32,000 nt of DNA from Candidatus Harpocratesius repetitus (GTDB lineage: Archaea; Asgardarchaeota; Lokiarchaeia; Sigyniarchaeales; Promethearchaeaceae): contig JAIZWK010000001.1 in the NCBI GenBank assembly GCA_021498095.1, forward strand, positions 2,190,001 through 2,222,000, read 5' to 3'. Of the stretch, positions 9,404 through 18,288 are shown piece after piece. The notes under the pieces are model-generated. The model saw only the letters and a program-made list of their open reading frames with translations, made no database searches and was not told the origin of the DNA. How positions within the stretch are numbered: position 1 is the first letter of the stretch; the number at the start of each line of letters is the position of its first letter. The translations under genes were made by a program, and so were the position numbers.

Positions 9404-9653
9404 AAGAGCTATGGATGTGTGATGATAGATTTACTTAGTGGAGCTTTTTTGCAGTTCAACTTTAGTTCTATAATTTATTTTATTATAATTTCAAATTAGA
9501 AAATGCACACTATTTTGATCTTCTCTGAATATGATCGATTTATCTTGAAATATAAATTTTAAATCCAGATAATAAAAGAATGAAACGATAAACGAATAAA
9601 ACAAAAAAAAAGAACAAACCAATTTTTCAATTATAGTCACAAAATGGTCGTGC

Positions 9654-12158
9654 TTAAATAAACAATGTCATATTAGAACGATCAGAAGCGCCTAACATTG
9701 TTGCTACGCCACCAATTTCTACACCATCAATAAGTTCTTCTTTTTTAATTCCCATTAAATCCATGGTCATTTGACAGGCGATTAATTTAACTCCATTCTT
9801 TTGAGCAGATTGAATCAGTTCTCTTAAAGATGCAATATTTTGAGATTTCATTAAGTACTTTATAAGTTTTGTTCCCAAACCGCCCATATTCATTTGAGAA
9901 AGTGATAATTTATCTGAACCACGTGGCATCATTTTACCAAACAGTCTTCCAATAAATGATTTATTTACCCGCACTTTTTTCGGTTTACGCAGTATATTTA
10001 ATCCCCAGAAGGTGAAAAACATATTTACTTCTTTTCCCATGGCTACTGCACCGTTGGCAATAATAAATGAAGCAATTGCTTTATCAAAATCACTACTAAA
10101 CACGATCATATTCTTTGCATCAGGAAATTCAAAACCCAATGATGGAATAGCAGATTTCGGCTTGGGAATTTCTTTTTTCAAAAACGCTGTTATTTTACCT
10201 GCTTCTCTATCAATTTTCAACAACTTGTTTTGAGTTGTTTCTGCCCAAATTTTAATATCATTATAAAACCCAGGATCTGTGGCAGTGACCTTCAAAACTT
10301 CGCCCGTATTTAAACTTTTAATATGTTCTGCTACACGCATAATTGGTCCTGGACAGGCAAGCCCACATGCATCTATTTCAATGGAACTTTGAGAATCGGG
10401 AATTTCATCTGATTTACTAACTTGTGTTTGCACTGCATGAATTACATCATCTACGTGAATACTGAGATCATCAAAAATTCCTTCATTTGATTGCTTTTCT
10501 AGGACAATTTTATACGCTTTATATCCACCGCTTAAATTTTTAACTTGAAATCCATTTTGAACGAGAATTCGAGATGCATAATACCCTCTTTGACCTGCTT
10601 GACAGTAGACCCAAATTTCCTTATTTTTATCTAATTCATTCATTCGATCTCTAAGTTCATCTAAAGGAATGTGGAGAGACTCTGGAATTGCACCAAGCTT
10701 TACTTCTTCATTTGTTCTAATATCTAATAGAATAACTTTTTTGAAATCAATGGAATTCATATCCTCTGGATAGAACACATCCATATCTCCCTTTAAAATG
10801 TTGGATGCCACAAACCCTGCAATATTTACTGGATCTTTAGCACTGGAGTATGGTGGTGCATATGCTAATTCCAATTCTTCTAAATCAAAGACTGTTAAGC
10901 CCATTCTCAGTGCTGTCGCCAATACATCAATTCGTTTATCTACTCCTTCATACCCAACGATTTGACATCCTAATATTTTTCCATTTTCAGGAGAGAAAAG
11001 TAGTTTTATTGCCATTGGAATTGCATTTGGATAATATCCTGCATGAGAAGAATTTTGAGTATATGATTTTCGATAGGGAATATTAAATCGACGTAATGTT
11101 TTTTCATTATTTCCTGTAGTAGCGATAGTTAAATCGAATATTTTTGCAATAGAAGTACCTTGAGTTCCTTTGTATATTTCTTTTTTACCTGCAATATTAT
11201 TCGCTGCGATTCTTCCTTGTTTATTTGCTGGTCCCGCTAAAGGTATTAGTGTATTTTTTTTATTAACTAAATCTTTTACTTCAATAGCATCACCAATAGC
11301 ATATATATCGGGATCAGATGTTTGAAGGTATTCATTAACGAGAATTCCACCTCTTTCACCAATTGTCAATCCAGCTTCTTCTGCTAGTTTTCTTTCTGGT
11401 TTTACACCTATGCCTAAAATCACTATATTAGTTTCAATAATCTTTCCACTTTGCAATTCAACGCGAATAATTGTATCTGAGACCTTTTCAAAAGCTTTTA
11501 CTCCATCGGAAAGATATAATTCCACTTCATGCTGTTTTAAATGTTGATGTACATAAGCTGCCATTTCTGGATCAAGTGGTGCCATTACTTGTGGTGCCAG
11601 TTCATTTACTGTGACTTTTAATCCTGCGTGAGCCAGGTTTTCTGCCATTTCTAAGCCAATAAATCCTCCTCCTATAACTGTAGCGTGAATCGGGTGGTTA
11701 TTTTCGATGTATCTTTTAATTGCCCGCATATCTGGAATATTTCGTAATGTAAAAATATTTGATGCATTGATACCAAGAATTGGGGGCCGAAGTGGTTGTG
11801 CTCCAGGGCTGAGAATTAGTTTATCATATTGTTCTTCATATTCGTTATTATTTGTCAAATCTTTTAATAGAATTGATTTTTTTAGTGGATTTATCGAGAT
11901 TGCTTCTGTTTTAATCCGAACATCAATATTAAAATTCTTTCGCAAGTTGTCAGGCGTTTCTACCAATAATTTTTCTTCATCTTTAATGACATCTCCAATA
12001 TGATAAGGAAGCCCACAATTAGCAAATGAAATATATTCTCCACGTTCGATCATGATGATATTTGCATGTTCATCCACACGACGTAAACGAACCGCAGCAG
12101 ATGCTCCTCCTGCGACTCCTCCAATTACAATGTATGTTTGTTTAGACATTGCTTTCAC
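9654..12158 (-). CDS. cdr: CoA-disulfide/persulfide reductase fused to rhodanese, TusA/SirA and DsrE-like domains
   Basis: GGVAGGA (FAD), SFANCGLPY (CoADR redox Cys), GGGFIGLE (NADH), LAYAPPY, rhodanese YCQAGQRG, TusA DACGLACPGP, and DsrE-like FFTFWGL...IACQMTMD. The start may be 12149 (MSKQ). Confidence 0.92.
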   Translation of the reverse strand: MKAMSKQTYIVIGGVAGGASAAVRLRRVDEHANIIMIERGEYISFANCGLPYHIGDVIKDEEKLLVETPDNLRKNFNIDVRIKTEAISINPLKKSILLKDLTNNNEYEEQYDKLILSPGAQPLRPPILGINASNIFTLRNIPDMRAIKRYIENNHPIHATVIGGGFIGLEMAENLAHAGLKVTVNELAPQVMAPLDPEMAAYVHQHLKQHEVELYLSDGVKAFEKVSDTIIRVELQSGKIIETNIVILGIGVKPERKLAEEAGLTIGERGGILVNEYLQTSDPDIYAIGDAIEVKDLVNKKNTLIPLAGPANKQGRIAANNIAGKKEIYKGTQGTSIAKIFDLTIATTGNNEKTLRRFNIPYRKSYTQNSSHAGYYPNAIPMAIKLLFSPENGKILGCQIVGYEGVDKRIDVLATALRMGLTVFDLEELELAYAPPYSSAKDPVNIAGFVASNILKGDMDVFYPEDMNSIDFKKVILLDIRTNEEVKLGAIPESLHIPLDELRDRMNELDKNKEIWVYCQAGQRGYYASRILVQNGFQVKNLSGGYKAYKIVLEKQSNEGIFDDLSIHVDDVIHAVQTQVSKSDEIPDSQSSIEIDACGLACPGPIMRVAEHIKSLNTGEVLKVTATDPGFYNDIKIWAETTQNKLLKIDREAGKITAFLKKEIPKPKSAIPSLGFEFPDAKNMIVFSSDFDKAIASFIIANGAVAMGKEVNMFFTFWGLNILRKPKKVRVNKSFIGRLFGKMMPRGSDKLSLSQMNMGGLGTKLIKYLMKSQNIASLRELIQSAQKNGVKLIACQMTMDLMGIKKEELIDGVEIGGVATMLGASDRSNMTLFI

Positions 12159-12510
12159 TTTTTAAAATAAAGAGAGTATATTTAAGTAAAAAAAGCAATT
12201 TTTCTACTTAGGTTTTGCTATTATAATGCACAACTAAAACCTTATGATAACTTTACTTCAATTGGTATACATTTTTTTAAGACAGAGACAAAATTTTGAT
12301 GGAATTGATCGATTTATAACATATATCAAATAAAAATTGATCATTTTGTTAATACATCAGAAAAAAATTAAATAAAATTTTCATGGAATGAAAATCGATA
12401 AACTAGAAATCTTTTTTTGAAAATTATAATTTATAAGTGAAAAAAAAGTTAAGTATACTCTTTTAATGCTATTCTTATTCGTATAGATGGTACTGATAAA
12501 GATAATTAAG

Positions 12511-13503
12511 TTATTCTATAGAAGGATAGGCGCCTGCACACCCTAATACTTCCTTATTTTTACGTTTCATCATCTTTATTAACTCATCTCGAGCTGGACC
12601 TAAGTACTTGCGTGGATCAAACACTTTGGGCTTCTCATTGAAGATTTTCCGGATAATTGCAGTAACAACCAGCCGACCATCAGAATCAATGTTAACTTTT
12701 GCCACTCCATATTTAGTCGCTTCACGAATTTGATCTTCGCGCACACCAAAGGCTTTCTCCAAATTACCTCCATTATCATTAATCATTTTAACATATTCTT
12801 GAAGGACTGAGGAAGATCCATGTAAAACAATTGGATATTTGCGCCCTAATTTTTGCTGAATTTCTTTTAAAATATCAATCCGTAGTGGAGGGACATCTTC
12901 GATGCGATCAACTTTAAATTTATATGCACCATGAGAAGTTCCAATTGAGATTGCCAGGCTGTCACATCCTGTTCGGTTAACAAAATCAACGACCTTATCT
13001 GGATCTGTGTATGTGCTCTCTTCTGCATGAACATCATCTTCAATTCCTGCTAAAACACCTAATTCTGCTTCAACTGAGACACCACGGGCATGAGCATATT
13101 CCACTACTTGTTTTGTTATTTTGATGTTTTCTTCATAAGGTAGGTGAGATCCATCATACATTACGCTCGAAAATCCTGAATCAATGCAAGATTTACAAAT
13201 CTCAAAATCTCCTCCATGATCTAAATGTAATGCGATGGGGATCTCCGATTTTAATTCTTCACGGACCATTTTTACTGCCCCATGCGCCATATAGATTAAC
13301 ATCGTTGAATTTGCGTAAGCACGAGCACCTTTTGAAACTTGTAGAATCACTGGAGATCCACTTTGTGCACAAGCTGTAACAATTGCTTGGAGTTGTTCCA
13401 TATTGTTAAAATTGTATCCAGGAACTGCATAACCTTCATTTAATGCTTTTTCAAACATTGCCTTGGTGTTTGAAAGACCCAATTCTTCGTATTTAAATGG
13501 CAT
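12511..13503 (-). CDS. fba: Class II (metal-dependent) fructose-1,6-bisphosphate aldolase
   Basis: AVPGYNFNNMEQ, LHLDHG, SSVMYDGSH, VEAELG, IGTSHGAYKF, VLHGSSS, KVNIDSD and FDPRKYL. Confidence 0.95.
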   Translation of the reverse strand: MPFKYEELGLSNTKAMFEKALNEGYAVPGYNFNNMEQLQAIVTACAQSGSPVILQVSKGARAYANSTMLIYMAHGAVKMVREELKSEIPIALHLDHGGDFEICKSCIDSGFSSVMYDGSHLPYEENIKITKQVVEYAHARGVSVEAELGVLAGIEDDVHAEESTYTDPDKVVDFVNRTGCDSLAISIGTSHGAYKFKVDRIEDVPPLRIDILKEIQQKLGRKYPIVLHGSSSVLQEYVKMINDNGGNLEKAFGVREDQIREATKYGVAKVNIDSDGRLVVTAIIRKIFNEKPKVFDPRKYLGPARDELIKMMKRKNKEVLGCAGAYPSIE

Positions 13504-13556
13504 AATACAAAATATGTGTTCATTCCATTTGAATTTAGGGGTTGATATGTTTCTTG

Positions 13557-14042
13557 TTATAATATAAGCGAAAACTCGTTTTTAGAATTGAAATAGAACA
13601 GATGGGAGTTACAACTACAATCAGAGCTCCCAAATTTAGGAATTGAACAATCTGCATAGTTTTGTAATATTTGAGCAAAATCACATTCATAGCGATCAGT
13701 CGAAGGAAAAATGAACAATTTTTCTATAATCAACACTGAAGGAGAACATTGAAGAAAATAATCAATATGCCAATGAACTTTTTTCTGAGCAGCAGGTTTC
13801 ACATGACGGAGTAATCGGTGGTATAAGCGACCTTTCAAAGCCGATCCCACATAAATATATCTTCCTGGTTTGAAAATTAGTTCACCCAGCGCGCCAACTT
13901 TAATTTTTTTTGGATAAGATAAATTCATTAATAATAGATATGTTCCTGATATTTTAGGAAATTCTTTAGAACTCATAATCTTATAGGAGAAATAATTTTC
14001 ACTTTGTGATAACTTTTCTGATTCAATATAGAAGTATTTCAT
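13557..14042 (-). CDS. GIY-YIG (Uri) superfamily endonuclease, DUF123 type
   Basis: GTYLL...YIYVGSA...RLLRH...HWHIDYFL...EC...FGSSDCSCNSHLF. Confidence 0.85.
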   Translation of the reverse strand: MKYFYIESEKLSQSENYFSYKIMSSKEFPKISGTYLLLMNLSYPKKIKVGALGELIFKPGRYIYVGSALKGRLYHRLLRHVKPAAQKKVHWHIDYFLQCSPSVLIIEKLFIFPSTDRYECDFAQILQNYADCSIPKFGSSDCSCNSHLFYFNSKNEFSLIL

Positions 14043-14166
14043 TTAGAGTAATTCTTTGTGATTCTGAGATATTCACCAATATTATATTATAATTATTTTT
14101 TACTGTTGAAGTGTCATAATTTTTCAATTTCTCGCAGTTCTTAAAGTAATTCTAATCTATATTAAT

Positions 14167-14174
14167 GGAGGTGA
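14167..14174 (+). promoter_or_regulatory. Shine-Dalgarno site GGAGGTGA
   Basis: Exact GGAGGTGA ending 6 nt before ATG 14181. Confidence 0.8.
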
Positions 14175-14180
14175 AATTCT

Positions 14181-14540
14181 ATGGTGTTATCGAAACCGAA
14201 ACAGAAAAATCAAAGTGCTGTTCTGGAAGATGATCTTGAAATTCAAAGGAATTTAGGAAAATTTATCGAAAATTTTGATAATTTTCAGTCAGGAAAAGAG
14301 GGTAAAAAAGAAAAAATTGCAAAACAAAAAAAATCAATCAATCTTTCAATATATTCAACCGAAGAACTTAAGCGATTAAGGAAAAAAGATTTGGTCAAGT
14401 TGATATTTCAAGTAAATTGCCAATTCGTGGATCGTTTCTTCCGAAAAGATTATTTCTCTAAATTAATCAAATTATCTAAAGAAGAACTGGAAAAAATGGC
14501 ATTTCACTTAAATCAACAAGCAGATTTCTTATTACTTTAG
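14181..14540 (+). CDS. Small hypothetical helical protein
   Basis: 119-aa ORF with a strong SD site that fills an otherwise empty gap; no confident family. Confidence 0.7.
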   Translation: MVLSKPKQKNQSAVLEDDLEIQRNLGKFIENFDNFQSGKEGKKEKIAKQKKSINLSIYSTEELKRLRKKDLVKLIFQVNCQFVDRFFRKDYFSKLIKLSKEELEKMAFHLNQQADFLLL

Positions 14541-14647
14541 AATTAATGCATCGATCAAGGTTATTTCTTTTAGGTTAAATGCAGAATCTACTTTACCAAG
14601 GCAAGTGAATGCTCATTTGTCCTTTTTTTTCAAAGTATTTTCGATAT

Positions 14648-16009
14648 TTATTTTAAATTCTTTCGAGCAATATTGGCAGCAATAAGAATAGGATCCCAAA
14701 CTGGAGCAAATGGAGGTGCGTAACTTAAGTCAAGTTTTTGAATATCTTCAATTTTCATATGAGCTGCTAAAGCTGTAGCCAAGACATCAATTTTTTTTGC
14801 TCCTAATGGACTGGGTGCTGTAATTTCTGCACCTAATAGGTGGTGAGTGCTTCTATCATAGATAAGCATTACCGACATTTTTTGAGCATTTGGATAATAG
14901 TGTGCTATTTCATTATTGGTAATTAATGTGGATCCAACATCAAATTCTGCAGATTTCGCCTGATTTTCAGAAATTCCCGTACGGGCACAATAAAGATCAA
15001 ATACCTTAAAAATTGCAGTGCCGACCACTCCTCCGAATGGATCAGTTGGTTTTCCAGCAATATGTTCTCCTGCAATTCGACCTTGTTTATTTGCTATAGG
15101 TGCTAAGGGTAGGTAGATATTTTTTTTCAAAATTGTGTGATAAGATGTTGCACAATCACCTGCTGCATAGACATTTTCTATATTTGTCCTGCCGAATTCG
15201 TCAATGACAATTGCTCCATTTGGTAACATCTCCAATTTCGAATTACGAAACATATCTGTGGCGGGAAGAACTCCTATTGATAACTGAACCGCATCTGTAG
15301 TAATTGATTCTCCATTATTTAAAACTACCTTAAGTTTATTCTCAGAAATTATTTCAACATTTTGAACCCGAACTCTAAGTCTTATTTGTATATGGTGCTT
15401 TTCTAATTCTTTTTGAATAAATTCCTGACTTTTTGAATCAAAATTTAATCTCGGACCAATAAGGATAATGTTTTTTACTCCTTGTGCCTCATATGCTTCT
15501 ATCATTTCCAATCCGATGTAACCGCTCCCAATTACCACAACATTCTCGATTGGAGTACTGGTTAAGAATTGTTTTAACTTCTTGGCATGTTCTAATGTAT
15601 GAACTCGAAAAACTCTTGGATGATGTAATATTTTATCCGTTATATTAATTTTTTTGATGTTTGATTTTCCGCCAACAGCAATAACAAGATAATCGTAATT
15701 TTTCGTGAATTCTGTTCTAGATTCTAATTTTTTTATTAAAACTTGTTTTTTATCAAAATCTACATTAGTTACCTCATGAAAGAGATGGACAGGTATTTTA
15801 CGTTTTTTTTCCAAGATTTCTGGAGTTAAAGTCATTAATTTATCTATTTTTTTCACACTATCGGCTACATAATAGGGAATTCCACAAGATCCATATGATA
15901 TATATTCTCCTTTTTCATAAACATCAATATCCCAGTCTGCATGAGCTTTACGAATAGCACTTGCTGCACTTAGACCCGCTGGATTTCCTCCAATTATAAT
16001 TACTTTCAT
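14648..16009 (-). CDS. FAD-dependent NADH oxidase / CoA-disulfide reductase family flavoprotein
   Basis: IIGGNPAGLSAA, SYGSCGIPYY (single redox Cys), GSGYIGLE, YAAGDC and LSYAPPFAPVWDP. Confidence 0.9.
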   Translation of the reverse strand: MKVIIIGGNPAGLSAASAIRKAHADWDIDVYEKGEYISYGSCGIPYYVADSVKKIDKLMTLTPEILEKKRKIPVHLFHEVTNVDFDKKQVLIKKLESRTEFTKNYDYLVIAVGGKSNIKKINITDKILHHPRVFRVHTLEHAKKLKQFLTSTPIENVVVIGSGYIGLEMIEAYEAQGVKNIILIGPRLNFDSKSQEFIQKELEKHHIQIRLRVRVQNVEIISENKLKVVLNNGESITTDAVQLSIGVLPATDMFRNSKLEMLPNGAIVIDEFGRTNIENVYAAGDCATSYHTILKKNIYLPLAPIANKQGRIAGEHIAGKPTDPFGGVVGTAIFKVFDLYCARTGISENQAKSAEFDVGSTLITNNEIAHYYPNAQKMSVMLIYDRSTHHLLGAEITAPSPLGAKKIDVLATALAAHMKIEDIQKLDLSYAPPFAPVWDPILIAANIARKNLK

Positions 16010-16086
16010 TTTATTTACCTTTTTTTAGTAATTTGTTGTAGTATTTGAAATTTTTATTGTTTTTATTTCATTATTTAGCTATGAAT

Positions 16087-16587
16087 TTATTCCTGTACAA
16101 TAATAATATATTCATTAGTGATTTTTGATTTAATTGAATTTCCTAATGCACATCTTTTTTCTGCAATTTCTAGCACTTTTCTGGCTTTTCTTTCACGAGT
16201 TTTAGGTGGAACTATTAGTGTAATTTTCTGGTGAATTTCAGTTAATCGTTTAACATCATCAATCTCTTCTAAATTTCCTTCTGTTTCAATTTTGATTGAT
16301 TCATATTTTAAATTAGAATTAGTAGCAACTACACTGAATGTAGTATATAAACAACCTGAAACTGCACCTAAGAATAGATCTTCGGGAGTATAGCACACAT
16401 TTTTTCCATCTTCATTCGTTGGGCCACCATAAACTATGGGTAATTGAATTGAAATCGGTTCAATATTATCTGCTACAAATAAAGTATTTACACGTTTAAG
16501 GAGATTTTCTGATTTTCTATCTTCTTCTCTCTGCTTCAAAGTAATATGGAATTTCATAGTATCACTGGGAGCGTAAATAATACACAA
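16087..16587 (-). CDS. OsmC/Ohr family protein (putative peroxiredoxin)
   Basis: YTPEDLFLGAVSGCLYTT (first Cys) and AEKRCALGNSI (second Cys). The true start may be the downstream MKFHIT. Confidence 0.85.
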   Translation of the reverse strand: MCIIYAPSDTMKFHITLKQREEDRKSENLLKRVNTLFVADNIEPISIQLPIVYGGPTNEDGKNVCYTPEDLFLGAVSGCLYTTFSVVATNSNLKYESIKIETEGNLEEIDDVKRLTEIHQKITLIVPPKTRERKARKVLEIAEKRCALGNSIKSKITNEYIIIVQE

Positions 16588-16773
16588 TATATGAAAATTA
16601 CTTTTTTAATTTATAAATATTAAAAAAATTAATAGTTTAAGACTATTTTTAGGAATGAAGGATCAATTAAGAGAAGCCTTATTTTTTAAATTATTTCAAT
16701 ATTATCGTTCAAAAAAATCTCATTGACAATTTCATTGAAGTTTTAGAGCAAAACATACACTATTCTAAAACTT

Positions 16774-17169
16774 ATGACAAAGAAAAGCAAGGATATACAT
16801 AAATTGATATTTTTTATAAAACTCTCAAACTGGCAAAAATATGCTTTCCGCAGTTACAGTTGCTATAAAGGAAATACAAGACTATTTGTGACAAAAGTTT
16901 TATTAAATAATCTGGCGAAGAATATTAATAGTAGGATTAAGACTCGTGTGCATTTAACTGTTCCTAAAACACCTGAGGGTTTAGAACAGCGATTTCAGGG
17001 ATATATTACAGTCATAAATGAACCCGAAATCTTAGGAATTACCATTGTTCTGCACCGATTTAGCCCAAAAATTCTCTCTAATGAGTGGAATAATTCAGAA
17101 ATTAAACAATTATTTCAATTAAACGAAAAATGGGGGAAAAAAATTCAAACCGAAGTGTCAGTGAATTGA
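16774..17169 (+). CDS. Hypothetical protein
   Basis: 131-aa ORF occupying a gap with no overlapping gene; no recognisable motif. Confidence 0.55.
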   Translation: MTKKSKDIHKLIFFIKLSNWQKYAFRSYSCYKGNTRLFVTKVLLNNLAKNINSRIKTRVHLTVPKTPEGLEQRFQGYITVINEPEILGITIVLHRFSPKILSNEWNNSEIKQLFQLNEKWGKKIQTEVSVN

Positions 17170-17309
17170 TCCTTCGTAATTAAAAATAGCCTAGTTTAAT
17201 CATATTTCGTAAAAAAAATCTAATGAAATTAATCTATTTTTTCTGAATATATAATAATTTTGGAAAAAATTTTATTAATCACGTTCGATTTTTTAAAAGC
17301 GAGTCAACA

Positions 17310-18200
17310 ATGGGCTTTAATTATGCAAATGATCCTAAAGAACGATACCCAATTGTTAAATGGGACATAATCTTTAATATAGTATTCTTTTCTGCTTGGC
17401 TATGGTATACAGATAAGATATATCTACAAATCTTGGCTGTATTTCTTTTTCTTCAAGTGTATGTGGCATCATACTACATTTTTCATTATTATAAAATATG
17501 GATACCTTTATTGTTAACTGGAATTGCTTTCATGCTTTGGTTTGTTTTCATAATTTCTCAACCATTTTTAATTCCTGTTGCTCGAGATGCCTTTTTATTT
17601 ATTTGTATTGCTTCTTCAATTTATGCAGGATTTAGTTATATTATTAAGGAGAAGAACTATAGAGCATATTTAAAAGCAATTGGTCCACAACCTTGTCCTA
17701 TTTGTGGTATGGAAAAATGGAAACATGTAATTCACTTAGGTCAAGACATGTGTAAAGATTGTTTTGAAAAACTTGCAACTTCTCAAGTTTATTATCACAA
17801 TTCACTTGTTTATCAGTGGGATTCTGATGTATTATTGTTTTTAGAAAAAGAATTGAAGAAAGAAATTCCCCTTTTAGACCCAGTCTTAAATTACACGAAT
17901 CCAAAAGATATTAATCCAGATGAATTATTTGGTTTTGTTCTTGAAGATCGTAATATTTCACGTCTCTATTTGAATAACCAAAACTTAAAACATTTACCCC
18001 CATTTATTGGATTACTAATTGATCTTAAAGAGATTCATGTAAAGAATAACAAACTTGCCACTCTTCCTGTTTCTATCATTGATTTGGTAAATTTGAAGAT
18101 TCTAGACTACCGGAAAAACCCAATAAAATATCGTTCAGGAAACTTAGAACGTTCTCTCTTGAGTTTGACTAAAAGGCGTTGTAATATTTTAGAAGATTAA
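17310..18200 (+). CDS. Membrane protein with about 4 TM helices, a C4 zinc finger and C-terminal leucine-rich repeats
   Basis: Hydrophobic N-terminal ~110 aa; CPIC-x17-CKDC; LRR units RLYLNNQNLKHLPPFIGLL / LKEIHVKNNKLATLPVSIIDL / LKILDYRKNPI. Confidence 0.8.
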   Translation: MGFNYANDPKERYPIVKWDIIFNIVFFSAWLWYTDKIYLQILAVFLFLQVYVASYYIFHYYKIWIPLLLTGIAFMLWFVFIISQPFLIPVARDAFLFICIASSIYAGFSYIIKEKNYRAYLKAIGPQPCPICGMEKWKHVIHLGQDMCKDCFEKLATSQVYYHNSLVYQWDSDVLLFLEKELKKEIPLLDPVLNYTNPKDINPDELFGFVLEDRNISRLYLNNQNLKHLPPFIGLLIDLKEIHVKNNKLATLPVSIIDLVNLKILDYRKNPIKYRSGNLERSLLSLTKRRCNILED

Positions 18201-18288
18201 CTTTATTTTATTATTTTTTAATCTTATCATCATTAACAACACGTAAAAGAAGATAGAAAAGAAAAAAAAGTTATTAATTTGATTTTTT

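Noticed and set aside
9386-9439. 17-aa micro-ORF MCEVLPQELWMCDDRFT
   Set aside because: Too short to support, and it is explained by the hairpin sequence.
9404-9450. Possible eukaryote-like SECIS (ATGA...GA)
   Set aside because: There is no adequate helix II between the ATGA and GA, and neither flanking CDS shows an in-frame TGA.
9419-9528. Possible C/D box sRNA (GTGATGA at 9419-9425)
   Set aside because: The nearest CTGA is at 9525-9528, about 100 nt away, with no C'/D' boxes; archaeal C/D RNAs are typically much shorter.
12159-12510. Operator-like inverted repeats upstream of cdr (e.g. AGGTTTT...AAAACCT)
   Set aside because: They are short and AT-rich, as expected by chance at this base composition.
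13557-14042. GIY-YIG gene as a homing endonuclease or mobile element
   Set aside because: It is a standalone DUF123-type gene, not inside an intron or intein, with no flanking repeats.
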